64,000 nt of DNA from Camelus ferus (Eukaryota), in NCBI RefSeq assembly GCF_009834535.1, contig NC_045697.1, positions 117,926,001 to 117,990,000 on the forward strand, written 5' to 3'. Position numbers and translations under genes: made by a program. Positions 1-11,250 of the stretch are shown here, one piece after another (position 1 is the stretch's first letter; each line of letters starts with the position of its first letter). The notes under the pieces are model-generated. The model saw only the letters and a program-made list of their open reading frames with translations, did not search any database and was not told the origin of the DNA.

Positions 1-450
1 TTCGGGGAAATGACACCAAAAGCACAGCAAGAAAAGCAAAAATCAAACTGGTAGGACTTCATCAAACTGAGAAGCTTCCGCACATCAGAAGACACAATCA
101 GCAAAACTGAAAAGGCGACTTGTGGAATGGAACAGAGCACATGCACACCAAACACCAGATTAGGAGTTGCTATCCAAAACGCACAAAAAAACTCACACAA
201 CTCAATAAGCAGTAAAACAGAACAAAACAAGAATCTGATTGTAAAATGGGCAGAGGAACTTAATAGACATTTATCCAAGGAAGATGTACAGATGGCCAAC
301 AGGTCCAGGAAAAGATGCTAAACGTCACTGATCACAAGTGAGCTGCCAACCAAAACCCCCCTGAGATACCACCTCACACCTGTTAGACTGTCTTCTTCAT
401 CAAGACAAGAGATGGCAGGTGGTGGCGGGGAAGTGGAGAAAACAGACCCT
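1..450 (+). mobile_element. Old LINE-1 ORF2 3' fragment (intron 3)
   Basis: Remnants KWAEELNRHLSKEDVQMANR and agataccacctcacacctgttaga; frameshifted. Confidence 0.85.
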
Positions 451-2481
451 CTTGTATCCGGCGATTACCTAGAATTCTTAAATTTAAAAGCTGAAGAGGA
501 ACTTAAAGGTGACTGAGTTTAGCAGCCATGCTTTACAGAGGAGGAAACGGAGGCTGATGGGGCTACCGGATTGGCTCAGATCCCTTTCCTGGTGCCACAG
601 TTTCTGGGTCCCTGCAGGCTCCCCGACTCCCGATCAGGGGCTTCTTTCATATCGAGCTACCACTCGGGGCGACTCTCCCCAAAGAACTTACACGACCTCA
701 CCGTGTGTAGGATCATGGCCACGTGCCCGACGTTTTAGAAATGCGTGCTTGGGCAGGACAGCTCAGCTGCATCGAGGTTTCAGATCTGTCTTCTGGTCTT
801 CCACCATCTGTCCTCCCAAAGTGCTGTACCCGAACGGGTCATCCACCCAGGGGCTTGCTGCCACCCTGCAGGTCAGAGCAGAAAAGCTTCCTTCTGGCTT
901 ACTAAGCAGGGGCGTGGATTAAGTTAGTGATGTATGTTACAGAACCAAGACTCTGCCTTCCATTGCTGACCACGGTCACTCACTCAGTAGCCCCAGAGCA
1001 ATCTGTCACCTCGGAATGCGCGTCAGTTTTCATGGCAACTGAGATACGGGGTGGGGGTGTGCAAATCCAGTTTTCACTTGGAGGCACTTGGCCCAATCAT
1101 CAGCGTTTTTATACAGCTAAGACATTGTTGGAATTTTCTAGATAGTAAGTAAAGGAGGGCAGGGAGGCTTTGGTTAGGAGAAAAATTAAAACTTAAAAAA
1201 TAGTAAACGGTGTTTTTCTCCTCCAACTTCTTTTTATTTTTTTTCCATTGCCCCCCCTTTTCTCTGAAAATCCCTGTAGACAGCTTCAAAAAGCAGAACT
1301 TCACAAGTGAACAACTCAATTGTTCCTTGAACCAGTGGGTGGGGTGACAGTCATAAGAAAACCCTTAAAAAATAAAAGCACTGGCTTTCTCTGTTCTGTC
1401 CCAGGGTTGAATCTTTGAATCCAGCGGAAGTGAGTTCATTCTCCGCTCCTGCTTTTTTGGGTGGGGACTGCTGGGTGTGCTTGAAATGTGTGGGTGTGTG
1501 GTGATCTTCTTAAAACTGTGTCTTATTTTAATTTAAATATTTAAAAGCATGGAGGTTAATAGCAGCAACTAGTATATGCCTGCAGTAGCATTTGCTGAGT
1601 TATTTTTTTCCAGCCTTTGTCATTGGAGGGGATTGATGTCTGATACTTCACTGAACCCAAGATGTGCATATTCTGTTTGTCCCACATCACGGACTTAATT
1701 TTGTTTTGCTTCCTTTTGTAGAACTTCTTTCAACCTTATCTCCCCAATACTGCCTTCAGTTGGAACATTTCATTGCTTCTGAAGGAATGCTCTGTACCTT
1801 TCCAGCAGATGTGGAAGCAGATAAGCCAAATCCATACCTTTAATAACAATGTTATATCATATCTGAAATAAACATCTGCACTCTGACACCTCAATGAACA
1901 GTATATACTTTAAAAAAATTTTTTTGAAATGTAATTGATGTACAGTGTTAGTTTCAGGTGTCCAGCAAAGTGATTCAGTTAATCACTATATAACTGAATA
2001 TACACTTTTTGTATTGGCTTTGTGTGCTGTTTACTCCCTTCATGCAGATCGACACATTCCCTTTATTTTGTATCATCATAGTCGTGAGTAGTAACTCACT
2101 TATTCTTTGAGCATCTCTGAGCCTTAATTCTCCCTTTATATAAACATACACATTTTGGCTTATAGTTTAAAAATCTGCAAAAGAAACTGCATTAACTTTT
2201 TCAGATTATAAGTGGAATCAATATTAACCAGAATGGTTAAATTCATCATGAAAACTTTTATTAGATAATTGCTTATTTACAGCTATACTGTAGTTATCAA
2301 TCATAATAGCACTCCCTATCAAAGCAGTTTTGCATTTCTTGGACAATGAGAAAATTACTAGGAGTGAAGACAAATATATTCAGTTTGGTTTATACTCTTA
2401 AGGTTGGAGAGAATAATTGAAAATAGCTTAGTGCTAATATTTTAGCCAGAATCTTGACATTTTTAAAAATAGAGATTTAAA

Positions 2482-2972
2482 ATAAGAAAGAAGTTGTGGT
2501 ACATTTATACAGCAGAATACTACTCTGCCATAAAAAAGAATAAAACAATGCCATTTGCAGCAACATGGATAGACCTGGAGAATGCCATTCTAAGCGAAGT
2601 AAGCCAGAAAGAGAAAGAAAAATACCATATGATATCACTCATATGTGGAACTTTAAAAAAGACACAAATGAACTTATTTATAAAATAGAAACAGACTAAC
2701 AGACATAGAGAACAAACTTTTGGTTACCGGGGGGAAGGGGGTGGGACAGGATAAGATGAGAGATTGAGATGTGCAGATGCTAATGCCTATATACAAGATA
2801 CATAACAAGTTTATACTGTAGAGCACAGGGAACTATATTTAATATCTTGTAGTAACCTAGAATGAAAAAGAATAGGAAAACAAATATATGTATGTACATG
2901 GATGACTGAAACCAGAAATTGACACAACATTGTAAAAATAAATAAATAAATAATAAATTTAAATTTAAAAAA
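2482..2972 (+). mobile_element. 5'-truncated LINE-1 (ORF2 C-terminus, 3' UTR, A-rich tail)
   Basis: WYIYTAEYYSAIKKNKTMPFAATWIDLENAILSEVSQKEKEKYHMISLICG, then a G-rich tract and (AAAT)n tail. Confidence 0.9.
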
Positions 2973-3269
2973 ATTTAAATAACGATAAAATCAGTGTTGA
3001 CCCAAGACTGCCACATTAATTTCTGCCAATTATTTTTTCTGTAAAACTGCCCCGCTTCCCCACCGTGGTAAAGCGGGGCCCCACGCCCACAGAGCGTGAG
3101 TCCCAGCAGGGGCAGGGTCTGCCCCAGAGGACAGATGTCCTTCTTCCTGACTGACAGACCAGCTTCTGCTTTTCCAGCCTCTTCCCCTTGGGACAGCCTG
3201 GAGAGGAGAGGAGGTGTTTCCAGTTTGACACAGCTGAGATGTAGGGGATGGTGACGGCACTGAGAAGGG

Positions 3270-3700
3270 TTTCAGGGATACACTGCGTTTCAAGAAAGGC
3301 TGTTGCAAGTGTAAAGGTTTCTTCTGTAGCTCACAAGAGGGAGAGAGAGTCTTGCCCACAGGGGCAGGGGGGAAGGTACAAGGTCTGAGACGCATGTGAC
3401 CTGTGCGGCAGCTTGTGAACAGACTAGACTGATCGGGACACAAAGTGCTTGTCTTTGATGATCTGAGGATTAGGTGGGAAGGCGAGCGAGGTCAGACAGT
3501 GAGGATCCTTAGTGCAGGGGAAGGAATTTGGATTTTATCCTCCAGATAAGAGATCACTCTAGGCGTTTGTCCAAATTCATCACATGACCAGCAATAACTT
3601 GTTTTAGGTAGATTAACCCAAGGTTATGCAGCACGAAATAAAAGCAGTAAGGACAGACTGAAGCAAGGAACAGTTCAAGGCTGCTCTGTGTCATCCATGG
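3270..3700 (+). mobile_element. Degenerate L2-like fragment
   Basis: Purine-rich sequence with L2-like aaggaatttggattttatcc and gactgaagcaaggaacagttcaaggctg; boundaries approximate. Confidence 0.4.
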
Positions 3701-4029
3701 TTGTCGGTCTCTACCTGACATCCAAGAAATGGGAGGACCTAATAGGATCTTTTTTTTATTATAGCAAATGTTATCATTTTTACCTGGTCCTCAAAAAGAA
3801 TCCAGACTTATCATACAGAAAATGCTGAAAACATGGATAGTATATGGAAGAAAATTAAAATCACCCATTCTCATTAAAACCAGAGATGAAAACTCTTGGC
3901 ATATTTGGCACTTTTGATTTTTTTTGTTTTATTTCAATTAATGTGTGTCAAAGAATCATGGTATATTAATGTTCTGTTTTATATAGCTTGGATTTCTTGT
4001 AATTTACTACCTAGTGGCCATTTCTGTTT

Positions 4030-4215
4030 TTGTTGTTCTTTTGGTGTTGTTTTTAATTGAAGTACAATCAGTTACAATGTGTCAGTTTCTGGTGTGCAGC
4101 ACCATGTCCCAGTCACCCATATACATACATATATTCCTTTTCATATTCTTTTTCATTAAAGATTATTACAAGAAATTGAATATAGTTCCCTGTGCTGTAC
4201 GGAAGAAATTTGTTT
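4030..4215 (-). mobile_element. Short LINE-1 3'-end fragment
   Basis: ttgaagtacaatcagttacaatgtgtcagtttctggtg...atagttccctgtgctgtac; similar copies at 11.1, 44.8, 51.0 and 54.9 kb. Confidence 0.85.
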
Positions 4216-4719
4216 ATTTTAATAAAAAAAAAATCCTAGAAGTCCTCATTTTTAATGCCTGTACAGTATTTCACCTTAAGAGTACAGAGTACAGCGTTGT
4301 TAACTATTCCACTATCGTAAATTTAGATCTTTATCAATGTTTTGTTACTATAAATGCTATTCTGATAAGCACCAGTCAACATAGTCAACATAAATATTTT
4401 ATTTAATATGATTTTTCTCCCTTCCCTGCAAATAAACTAATTAATTAAAAAAACTCAGTGGAGCCTTTGTTCCTTATTTTTTTGGCCTGTTTTGATTTTG
4501 GTTCGTATCTCCCACTCCCCATCCATAGTCCACTATAAAAATTGGGAGGCAGTTTCTAATGTTTCTAATCGAACTTTTCCTGAAACTATCGCCTCCTTTT
4601 GGTGCTTGCTGTTTCAAATGGTGTATTTTAATCTATTGCTCTAGACCTGGACATTTAGGGGGTTTTCACTTTTTCTCCTTTTCAATACTGTGATGACTTG
4701 ATATTCACGTGCATGTATT

Positions 4720-5310
4720 TCCAAGGGTACAAATAAAAGGATACAAACCTCCAAAGTGAATTACAGGGCCCTGGGACAGACGCACCTTCAACTCTAGCAT
4801 CCTGTGTCCATCAGTTACATCCACCAAAGTGGTACCAACCTACACTCACTTCTGCAGGCAGAGCAGAGAGATTCAATTTACCTGCATCCTTGGCAGTCCT
4901 TTCTTTTACGTGCTTGCCAAGCTCATGGAAGTGAAATGGTATCTCCTTTTTTTTGAAATACCTCTTTGTTTTGCATTTCTCTGATAACTAATGAATTTTA
5001 GCATGTTTTTGTACATCCAGTGGCCATTCAAGCTTCTTACCTGAAATTTGCCCATTTTCTGTTATTTGTCTTTTTTTTTTAATACATATTCTATCCTGTG
5101 ACAGGTATATGGATTGCCAAGGTGTTCTCCCAGTATCTGGATTTTGATTCTTGTATAGTATAAAATTTAGGCAAATTTATTAAAGTTATCTCTTATGTTT
5201 TGGGTGTTTTTTATTTTGATTGCCAAGTTCTCCAGTGTCATAGGCTCTCAGCTGTATTTTCTTGTAATTCTTTACAGGTTAATTGCTTTATAATAAATTT
5301 TTAATTCAAC
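4720..5310 (-). mobile_element. Ancient LINE-1 (L1M-type) fragment
   Basis: gtgaaatggtatctc...tttgcatttctctgataactaatgaattttagcatgttttt, typical of antisense L1 ORF2 3' end. Confidence 0.65.
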
Positions 5311-5718
5311 TGACACTCATTTGTGTAACAACCAGGTGATTTTCCAGAATGAGGAGAGTGAAAAGTGGAAACAAAAAAATTGGGTAGACTCTGTACGGGC
5401 TTCCATTGTATAAGTCCCTACCTGAACCATTGAGATGTTTTCTTTTTTGTTCAGACACCAGAGACCCACACCCACCATGGTTTGTGGTGAGGAAAGTGAA
5501 CGTCTTTCCCGTTGAAAATCTTTTCCCACAGAGGCCCTGTCCAAGTTCATCTCCATGAAGTCTTTGTGAAGGAATGGCTGCTCGCTGGGGCTGAACATAA
5601 TTTCACCTCTGGGGGTTTTCAGCCTGGTCTTCAGCCACCTACCTAACTTCACACATGAGCCCGGAAGGAGCCCGTTGTCCCTTTTAAAACAGTTGACATA
5701 GGTCCGTTTTCCTTTCAG

Positions 5719-5926
5719 CAGTTCACAGAAACCGTGAGTCCTTCAGTGTTGCCCGCCGCGGCCCTGCCCCTGGACCTCCTTAATAACGCGGTCACTGCCT
5801 TCAGTACCTTGGAAGACCTGATTCGGTATCTTGAACCAGACAGATGGCAGTTGGACTTGGAAGACCTGTACAGGCCAACTTGGCAACTGCTGGGCAAAGC
5901 TTTTGTTTTTGGGAGGAAGTCCAGAG
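5719..5926 (+). CDS. PDGFC: PDGF-C exon 4 (hinge region, QFTETVSPSVLP...LLGKAFVFGRKSR), 208 bp
   Basis: Translation matches the PDGF-C hinge (LPLDLLNNAVTAFSTLEDLIRYLEPDRWQLDLEDLYRPTWQLLGKAFVFGRKSR). Acceptor ttttcctttcag ends at 5718; donor G|gtaagc at 5927. Length is 69 codons + 1 nt, in phase with the next exon. Ends in the RKSR activation-cleavage motif. Confidence 0.97.
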
Positions 5927-8900
5927 GTAAGCACCCTCTTCAGGTTAGAACCTCATTTAATTTTCTCCACAGCTAATGTTTCAGATTCTTCTGCCCCACC
6001 TTTGGATGAGTCGAGTTTGAAATTCTCCCGTGAGATATTTAAACAATCCATTGTCATAACACGTTAGCCTCTTTACCTGTGAAATAAGAAAACCTACAGA
6101 AGGAGGCCCTGACGTAGTGGGCTTGGAAGATTTAAAGAGATGCTTTTGCTGAGAATTCTCATTTCTTTCATGCAAAAATATTTTGATGAAGTCTTCTGTT
6201 ACATTTCACCAGAATCATTGCTTCTTCAAATTTAATATGGGGAGGTAAATGGATTTAGAGACTCAAGGGAGATTATTGTAGCTGCTAACCGAAGTTTGGG
6301 GCTAGAAAAGTGGAAAACTCAATTAAAATCGTTGTCCACATGTCCCTGAGTCAGGATTATATCAATTCCCATTTCCTAAGCCTAGAAACTTCTGAAAATA
6401 ATGTGAAAAATAACAGTGGCTTGTCATAAACTAGAACTAGTAGTTTCCAAGATTAGGGTGCACTGTAAGAAAATAATGGCCTGGAGGAGCCCACATGGTG
6501 GTAATTGCTCCCTGCGTGATGCTTCCAAAATGATCACTTCTGACTGTTTGAGCTCATCTCCCTTCAACAGTGAAAGTGTTGATAATTAAACTTAATTCCA
6601 CATAGTCAAGATATTGGAAATAATGCCAGCCGAGTTTGCTCAAAGGCTGGCTTATCTTCCCAGTACCATTGGAACTGGAAAGCATCCCAGTCAGACACAG
6701 ATGAAAATGTTAACTGGGTAATTAGAATGCAAAAATCTGTTTCAGTCTGTCAGACACATTGAAATCTACCCAGGGTCACTTTAAAGAAGGGACGGACAGT
6801 CTGAAGAGTGTCTGTAGAAACAGCAGTGTTAATTTCAGCAACTCACAAGGGCAGATTGCATCAGGCGTGTTCTTCTTCGGAAAGAAACCGGATTCCTGCC
6901 CTTTCCTGCTTAGAGGTGCAGCCTTTCTGCCCCAGGAACTTTCAGCTCCGTGGGTGCTGTTCCGACTTGCCCAGCCATGGTATTTGGCTGTTTCCCTCAG
7001 CGATATTTGGAATCGCGGTTCAAGTCCATAGGCAGCTGAATCTTGTCCAGATGCTGAAAGCTGTTACATATTTATAAGATTTGATCTTGATGAATAACTT
7101 ACAAGCAACACTTCCCTCCCCTCCCACTCAGGAACAGGGGAAAAATGCAGACCTGCAAGGCTAGCTGAAACACCATGAATAGAGCTTTTGTGAGCAAATT
7201 TGAAGTAGATTTTCATGCAGATCTGTAAGGAGCAGATGGAGTCAACAGGCTTCTGAGCTCTGATCTAGTTTTTTGACAGCTGATCTAGGGATTCAAGCCT
7301 GCTAACCTCCCTTCTGGCCATGCCTCTTTTGCCTGTATCTCTCTCTGCTCTGGGTGCTCAGTGAGGGTTTGGCCAGCGGCTAGCGTGTATTTAAAAGGTC
7401 CAGCACCCACCGCATCAGATCTTTCAAATATTCGTTGAACACTTTCCAAATTGAAGCCCTTTGCAGTTTGCCAAAGCTATTAACTTTTTTAAGCATACAG
7501 TAAGTGTGAGAAAAGCAGTGTATATTTTTGGAACTTTACATAAACTAAAACGCAGGTGTGAGATAACATCTATGTAGACAAAACCAACTCCCCTCCCAAG
7601 AGCCTTTCTACAAAGGAACCAGGAGTAAAAACGTTTAAAAGCTTCTAATTAAACACTGAAATAGATTTTCCACAGAATAAACATATCACAGTGTTACCAC
7701 ATTCATCTTAGAAGGACCACCCTCAGATTGCATTATAGTAATAGAATACTTTTGGACTGACTATCTTAAGAGAATGAACACAAACAAAGTAAAATGTGAT
7801 CATAAATTTTTTTCAAACAGTATTATCCTTTTTAGTAAAACCTGCAATATTTCTGCTTCTGAACAAGAAAATACGCATTAGAAACATAAGTCTTCATTGA
7901 TGACAGGCTGAAAATCTTCCTTCTTCAGAAAGACAGGCTAATGCATGTACTGTCTTAGGGAACAGTTATGAAAAGGAAATAAAACTTCTGAAGGCCAAGT
8001 TTTACTTTACAAATATTTTGCAGGGAGAAACTTCAAAATATTTGAGTTATTTTTAAACGTATGTGTTGGTACATGATCCCTCTTTCTCTGTCTCTTTGCT
8101 GCCTAGACGTTCTGCCCGTTTGGAGAATTTATGACACCAAGTTGTAGTCATGTGACTTAACTTTAATGAGGCCTAGATGAGTTTGAAGCCCTGAAAGCAG
8201 GAAACCAGAATTTCAAATGAGATATGCCAGACTGAAGGTCCTTCCTTGCATTCTCAGCCCAGGGTGCACTGCATTAATGTTTTTTCCGTTCCTTTATTTG
8301 CCCTGCCTTCCTCTGGTTCAGGGTTTTCATTCATACCTTATTCCTGCCGAAAAAAAAGAAAAACACCATATTTTCTAAGTCAAGCTTAACTAGTACTTTA
8401 AAAAGGGCTTTTGACTTTTGTGTCAAACATGATAAATGAGTGGAAGTGAGGTTGAAAGCGTGTTTAAATTTTCACATTGTAGCAGGTACCCTAACTTCGT
8501 TCCCTTGGGAAATCCATCTAACCTTTTATTGTGGTTAAGTAAACATTTGAAAGGGAACATACACAGTCTCATTTTCTAGTTTCATGAAATAGTCTGCTTC
8601 AAACTCTTTGAGGTAGATGAATAGCTTTTGCAAGTTAAGAGCTTCATTCACGGCATAAAGAAGCATAAATCTTCAATAAGCATTAAAAATGTTGGCAGCC
8701 GGCTTTGGTAGGTGTGTGCCTGCTTTAGGCTTGCTCTCCCCCGGCCTCAGTACTAACTTCCAGAGAAAAGAGTTAAAGACGCTCATCTGCAGTTCGGCAG
8801 CAGAAGAGTAACGTGCACACGGACCGTTAGTTCAGCAAAATGAAATCAGGTAAAATGCGTGACATCGTTTAACCTAATTATCTCATTAATTTTATTAGGG

Positions 8901-10425
8901 ATAAGCTGGCCTTTTATGACACTCAAAAAGAATAAACTCATTTCCTCTTAAAAATTGAAAAGCTATCCTTTCACAGGACCAGTTTTCCGATAAAAAGGAA
9001 ATCTTTAGCTGTTGAGATAAAACAGTGATTTTTCTTTTGCAGTGGAGAAAACAATTTTTAGCTGAATAAGGTGTTGAAATGAGCCAATTGAATTAACACT
9101 TCTTTGGTGTTTCCCTCTACCTGAGCAAGGTTTTAGTCAACCATATAGTAAACCATATAGTTTATAGGCACTTTTAATTTACAGTTGCACATGCATAATC
9201 TATAACATATTTTTTGAAAATACTTATATTGGCTTCCTTTGACATTTTAGAAAAACTTGACCACATAATACAAATATAACATAGCTAAGAAAATAAGCAT
9301 TTGATTTTTAATTACCTTGTCGTTTTAAAAGTATTTAAAAACATGTTGGCACAATTTTTAAAACTGGGTTACAGAGTGATTATTATTATCTGAAGCTCTC
9401 TTTAGCCAGAACCTATTATTTGTAATGTTCCCAATATTAGTAAAAAGGTTTTTAGCCAGATTTATTTTATTTTAGATAGTGTTCCTAAATTTTAACAAAA
9501 GCTCTAGTTTGAGGAAAGAAGAGCTTTGATGAATTGTCTGTTATTCAGAACTTCAATTTTATCGGAATTGCTTTTCTTGAATGTTTCTAGGGGAAGAGGG
9601 CAAAGCTGTAAAGCAGAAATTAAAATTAAATTAGAGATGCTTATCCTAATAATTATCAACGACTTCATGTTACATATAAGTTCATATTAAACATGAAGTG
9701 TTATTCAGTGTCATTTTGTAGTTAAAAACAGTGGCTCTTTGAGAACTTACTGTAACAATCTAATGAAAGGTAATTCTGTTTGGTCTTCACAAATAGATAT
9801 TCTTTTAAAGAATAAGGCACAACATAGTTAACCAACTTGCTAAAAGAATAACAATGGTTCTAAGTTAGATATTCTTTCATCCCTTAGAAGACGAGAAATC
9901 TGAAGGAGTCTAGTTACACTAAATTTCAAAGTCCGTAAATTACTCAATACACCAATGCTTCTGCCCTTTTTAATGTATCTTTTTCACTCCTGGTCCACTC
10001 AGCCCTCTTCAGAAATTCATTCCTTCTCATTCCTCTTCACACTCTACGATTCTTACTGCCAGAAAGATTGTAGAAATTTCTCTTAACCAGCTTGGTAAGT
10101 CATTCCTCATGAGTTGCGTGAGCTTTGTCATCCTTCAAAAACTGCACTTGCCTTTTCATCGAAGCGTTCGTCGCTGGACCTTCCAGGCTTCCTCCAGTGA
10201 TCCTCTTGTTCACTTTTCCACGAAGGTTACGCGTGTAGCCCTCCTTTTTCTCTCTGAAGTCTCCTGCCTGTAGCTCCGGACTCTGGGTGGCTGTGTTCTT
10301 CCCTCTGCACAGTGCCATCTCTTCACTGGCCCCTGAGGCGTAGGAAGCTTGCTTTACCATCGCGTAGAGGCCAGGCTTCCCGCAGCTTCACGCTCAGACC
10401 CGGTGAAGGTGATGAGGATGCTGCT

Positions 10426-10441
10426 GGGGGGGGGGGGGGGG
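10426..10441 (+). repeat. G16 homopolymer
   Basis: 16 consecutive G about 110 nt upstream of the exon 5 acceptor. Confidence 0.9.
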
Positions 10442-10552
10442 CTGTTCGTGAAATAGCTAGACTTGAGCACGAATGCGGACAGGGAGTCTGCGGAGGTGCG
10501 CACGGCTCAGCGCGTGAACGCCTGTCTTGCTTGCCCCCCGTGTGCCCCGCAG

Positions 10553-10770
10553 CGGTGGATCTGAACCTCCTGAAGGAGGAGGCGAGGCTGTACAGCTGCA
10601 CGCCTAGAAACTTCTCGGTGTCCGTCAGGGAGGAGCTGAAGAGGGCGGACACCATCTTCTGGCCGGGCTGCCTGCTGGTCAAGCGCTGCGGCGGGAACTG
10701 CGCCTGCTGCCTGCACACCTGCAGCGAGTGCCAGTGCGTCCCCAGCAAAGTCACCAAGAAGTACCACGAG
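10553..10770 (+). CDS. PDGFC: PDGF-C exon 5 (N-terminal part of the PDGF/VEGF cystine-knot domain), 218 bp
   Basis: (A)VDLNLLKEEARLYSCTPRNFSVSVREELKRADTIFWPGCLLVKRCGGNCACCLHTCSECQCVPSKVTKKYHE, with the PxCxxxxRCGGNC signature and NFS sequon. Acceptor ccccgcag ends at 10552; donor GAG|gtaggc at 10771. Length is 2 nt + 72 codons. Confidence 0.98.
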
Positions 10771-11074
10771 GTAGGCGTGCCCTTCCCGCCGCGGCTCTGG
10801 GGAGGGAGGGGTGTGTCCGAAACAGGAACAGAACAGTGTATCTGAACTGGATTCTTGTTGGGAAGGAGATGCCGCGTTCGTGAAAACAAAACAGAAACAA
10901 GGCTTATAAAATAGTTCATGTTGTTATCTTATTTTTATTTTTAATTAGGACCTTGAACTCAGAAACCTAGACAGCAAGGATTAAGAAAACTTATCCTCTA
11001 AGAGTTCATCATGGATGATCAGTGGAGTTGTTGGGGTTTTTTTGTTTTTTACTTATTTTTAAGTGGTTTCAGGT

Positions 11075-11250
11075 CTTTATTTATTTATTGAAGTACAGTC
11101 CATTACAATGTGTCAATTTCTGGTGTACAGCACAGTGTCCCAGTCATGCATATAGATACATATATTTGTTTTCATATTCTTTTTCTTTAAAGGTTATTAC
11201 AAGATATTAAATGTAGTTCCCTATGCCATACAGAAGAAACTTGCTTTTTT
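11075..11250 (-). mobile_element. Short LINE-1 3'-end fragment (intron 5)
   Basis: Same unit as 4030-4215. Confidence 0.85.

Noticed and set aside
10509..10552. Upstream AG at 10509-10510 that would add 14 in-frame residues after RKSR
   Set aside because: No polypyrimidine tract precedes it, so use is unlikely without RNA evidence.
10323..10919. 198-aa antisense ORF and 177-aa sense ORF over exon 5
   Set aside because: Stop codons are scarce because of the extreme GC content. Only 10553-10770 has PDGF-C similarity and splice signals.
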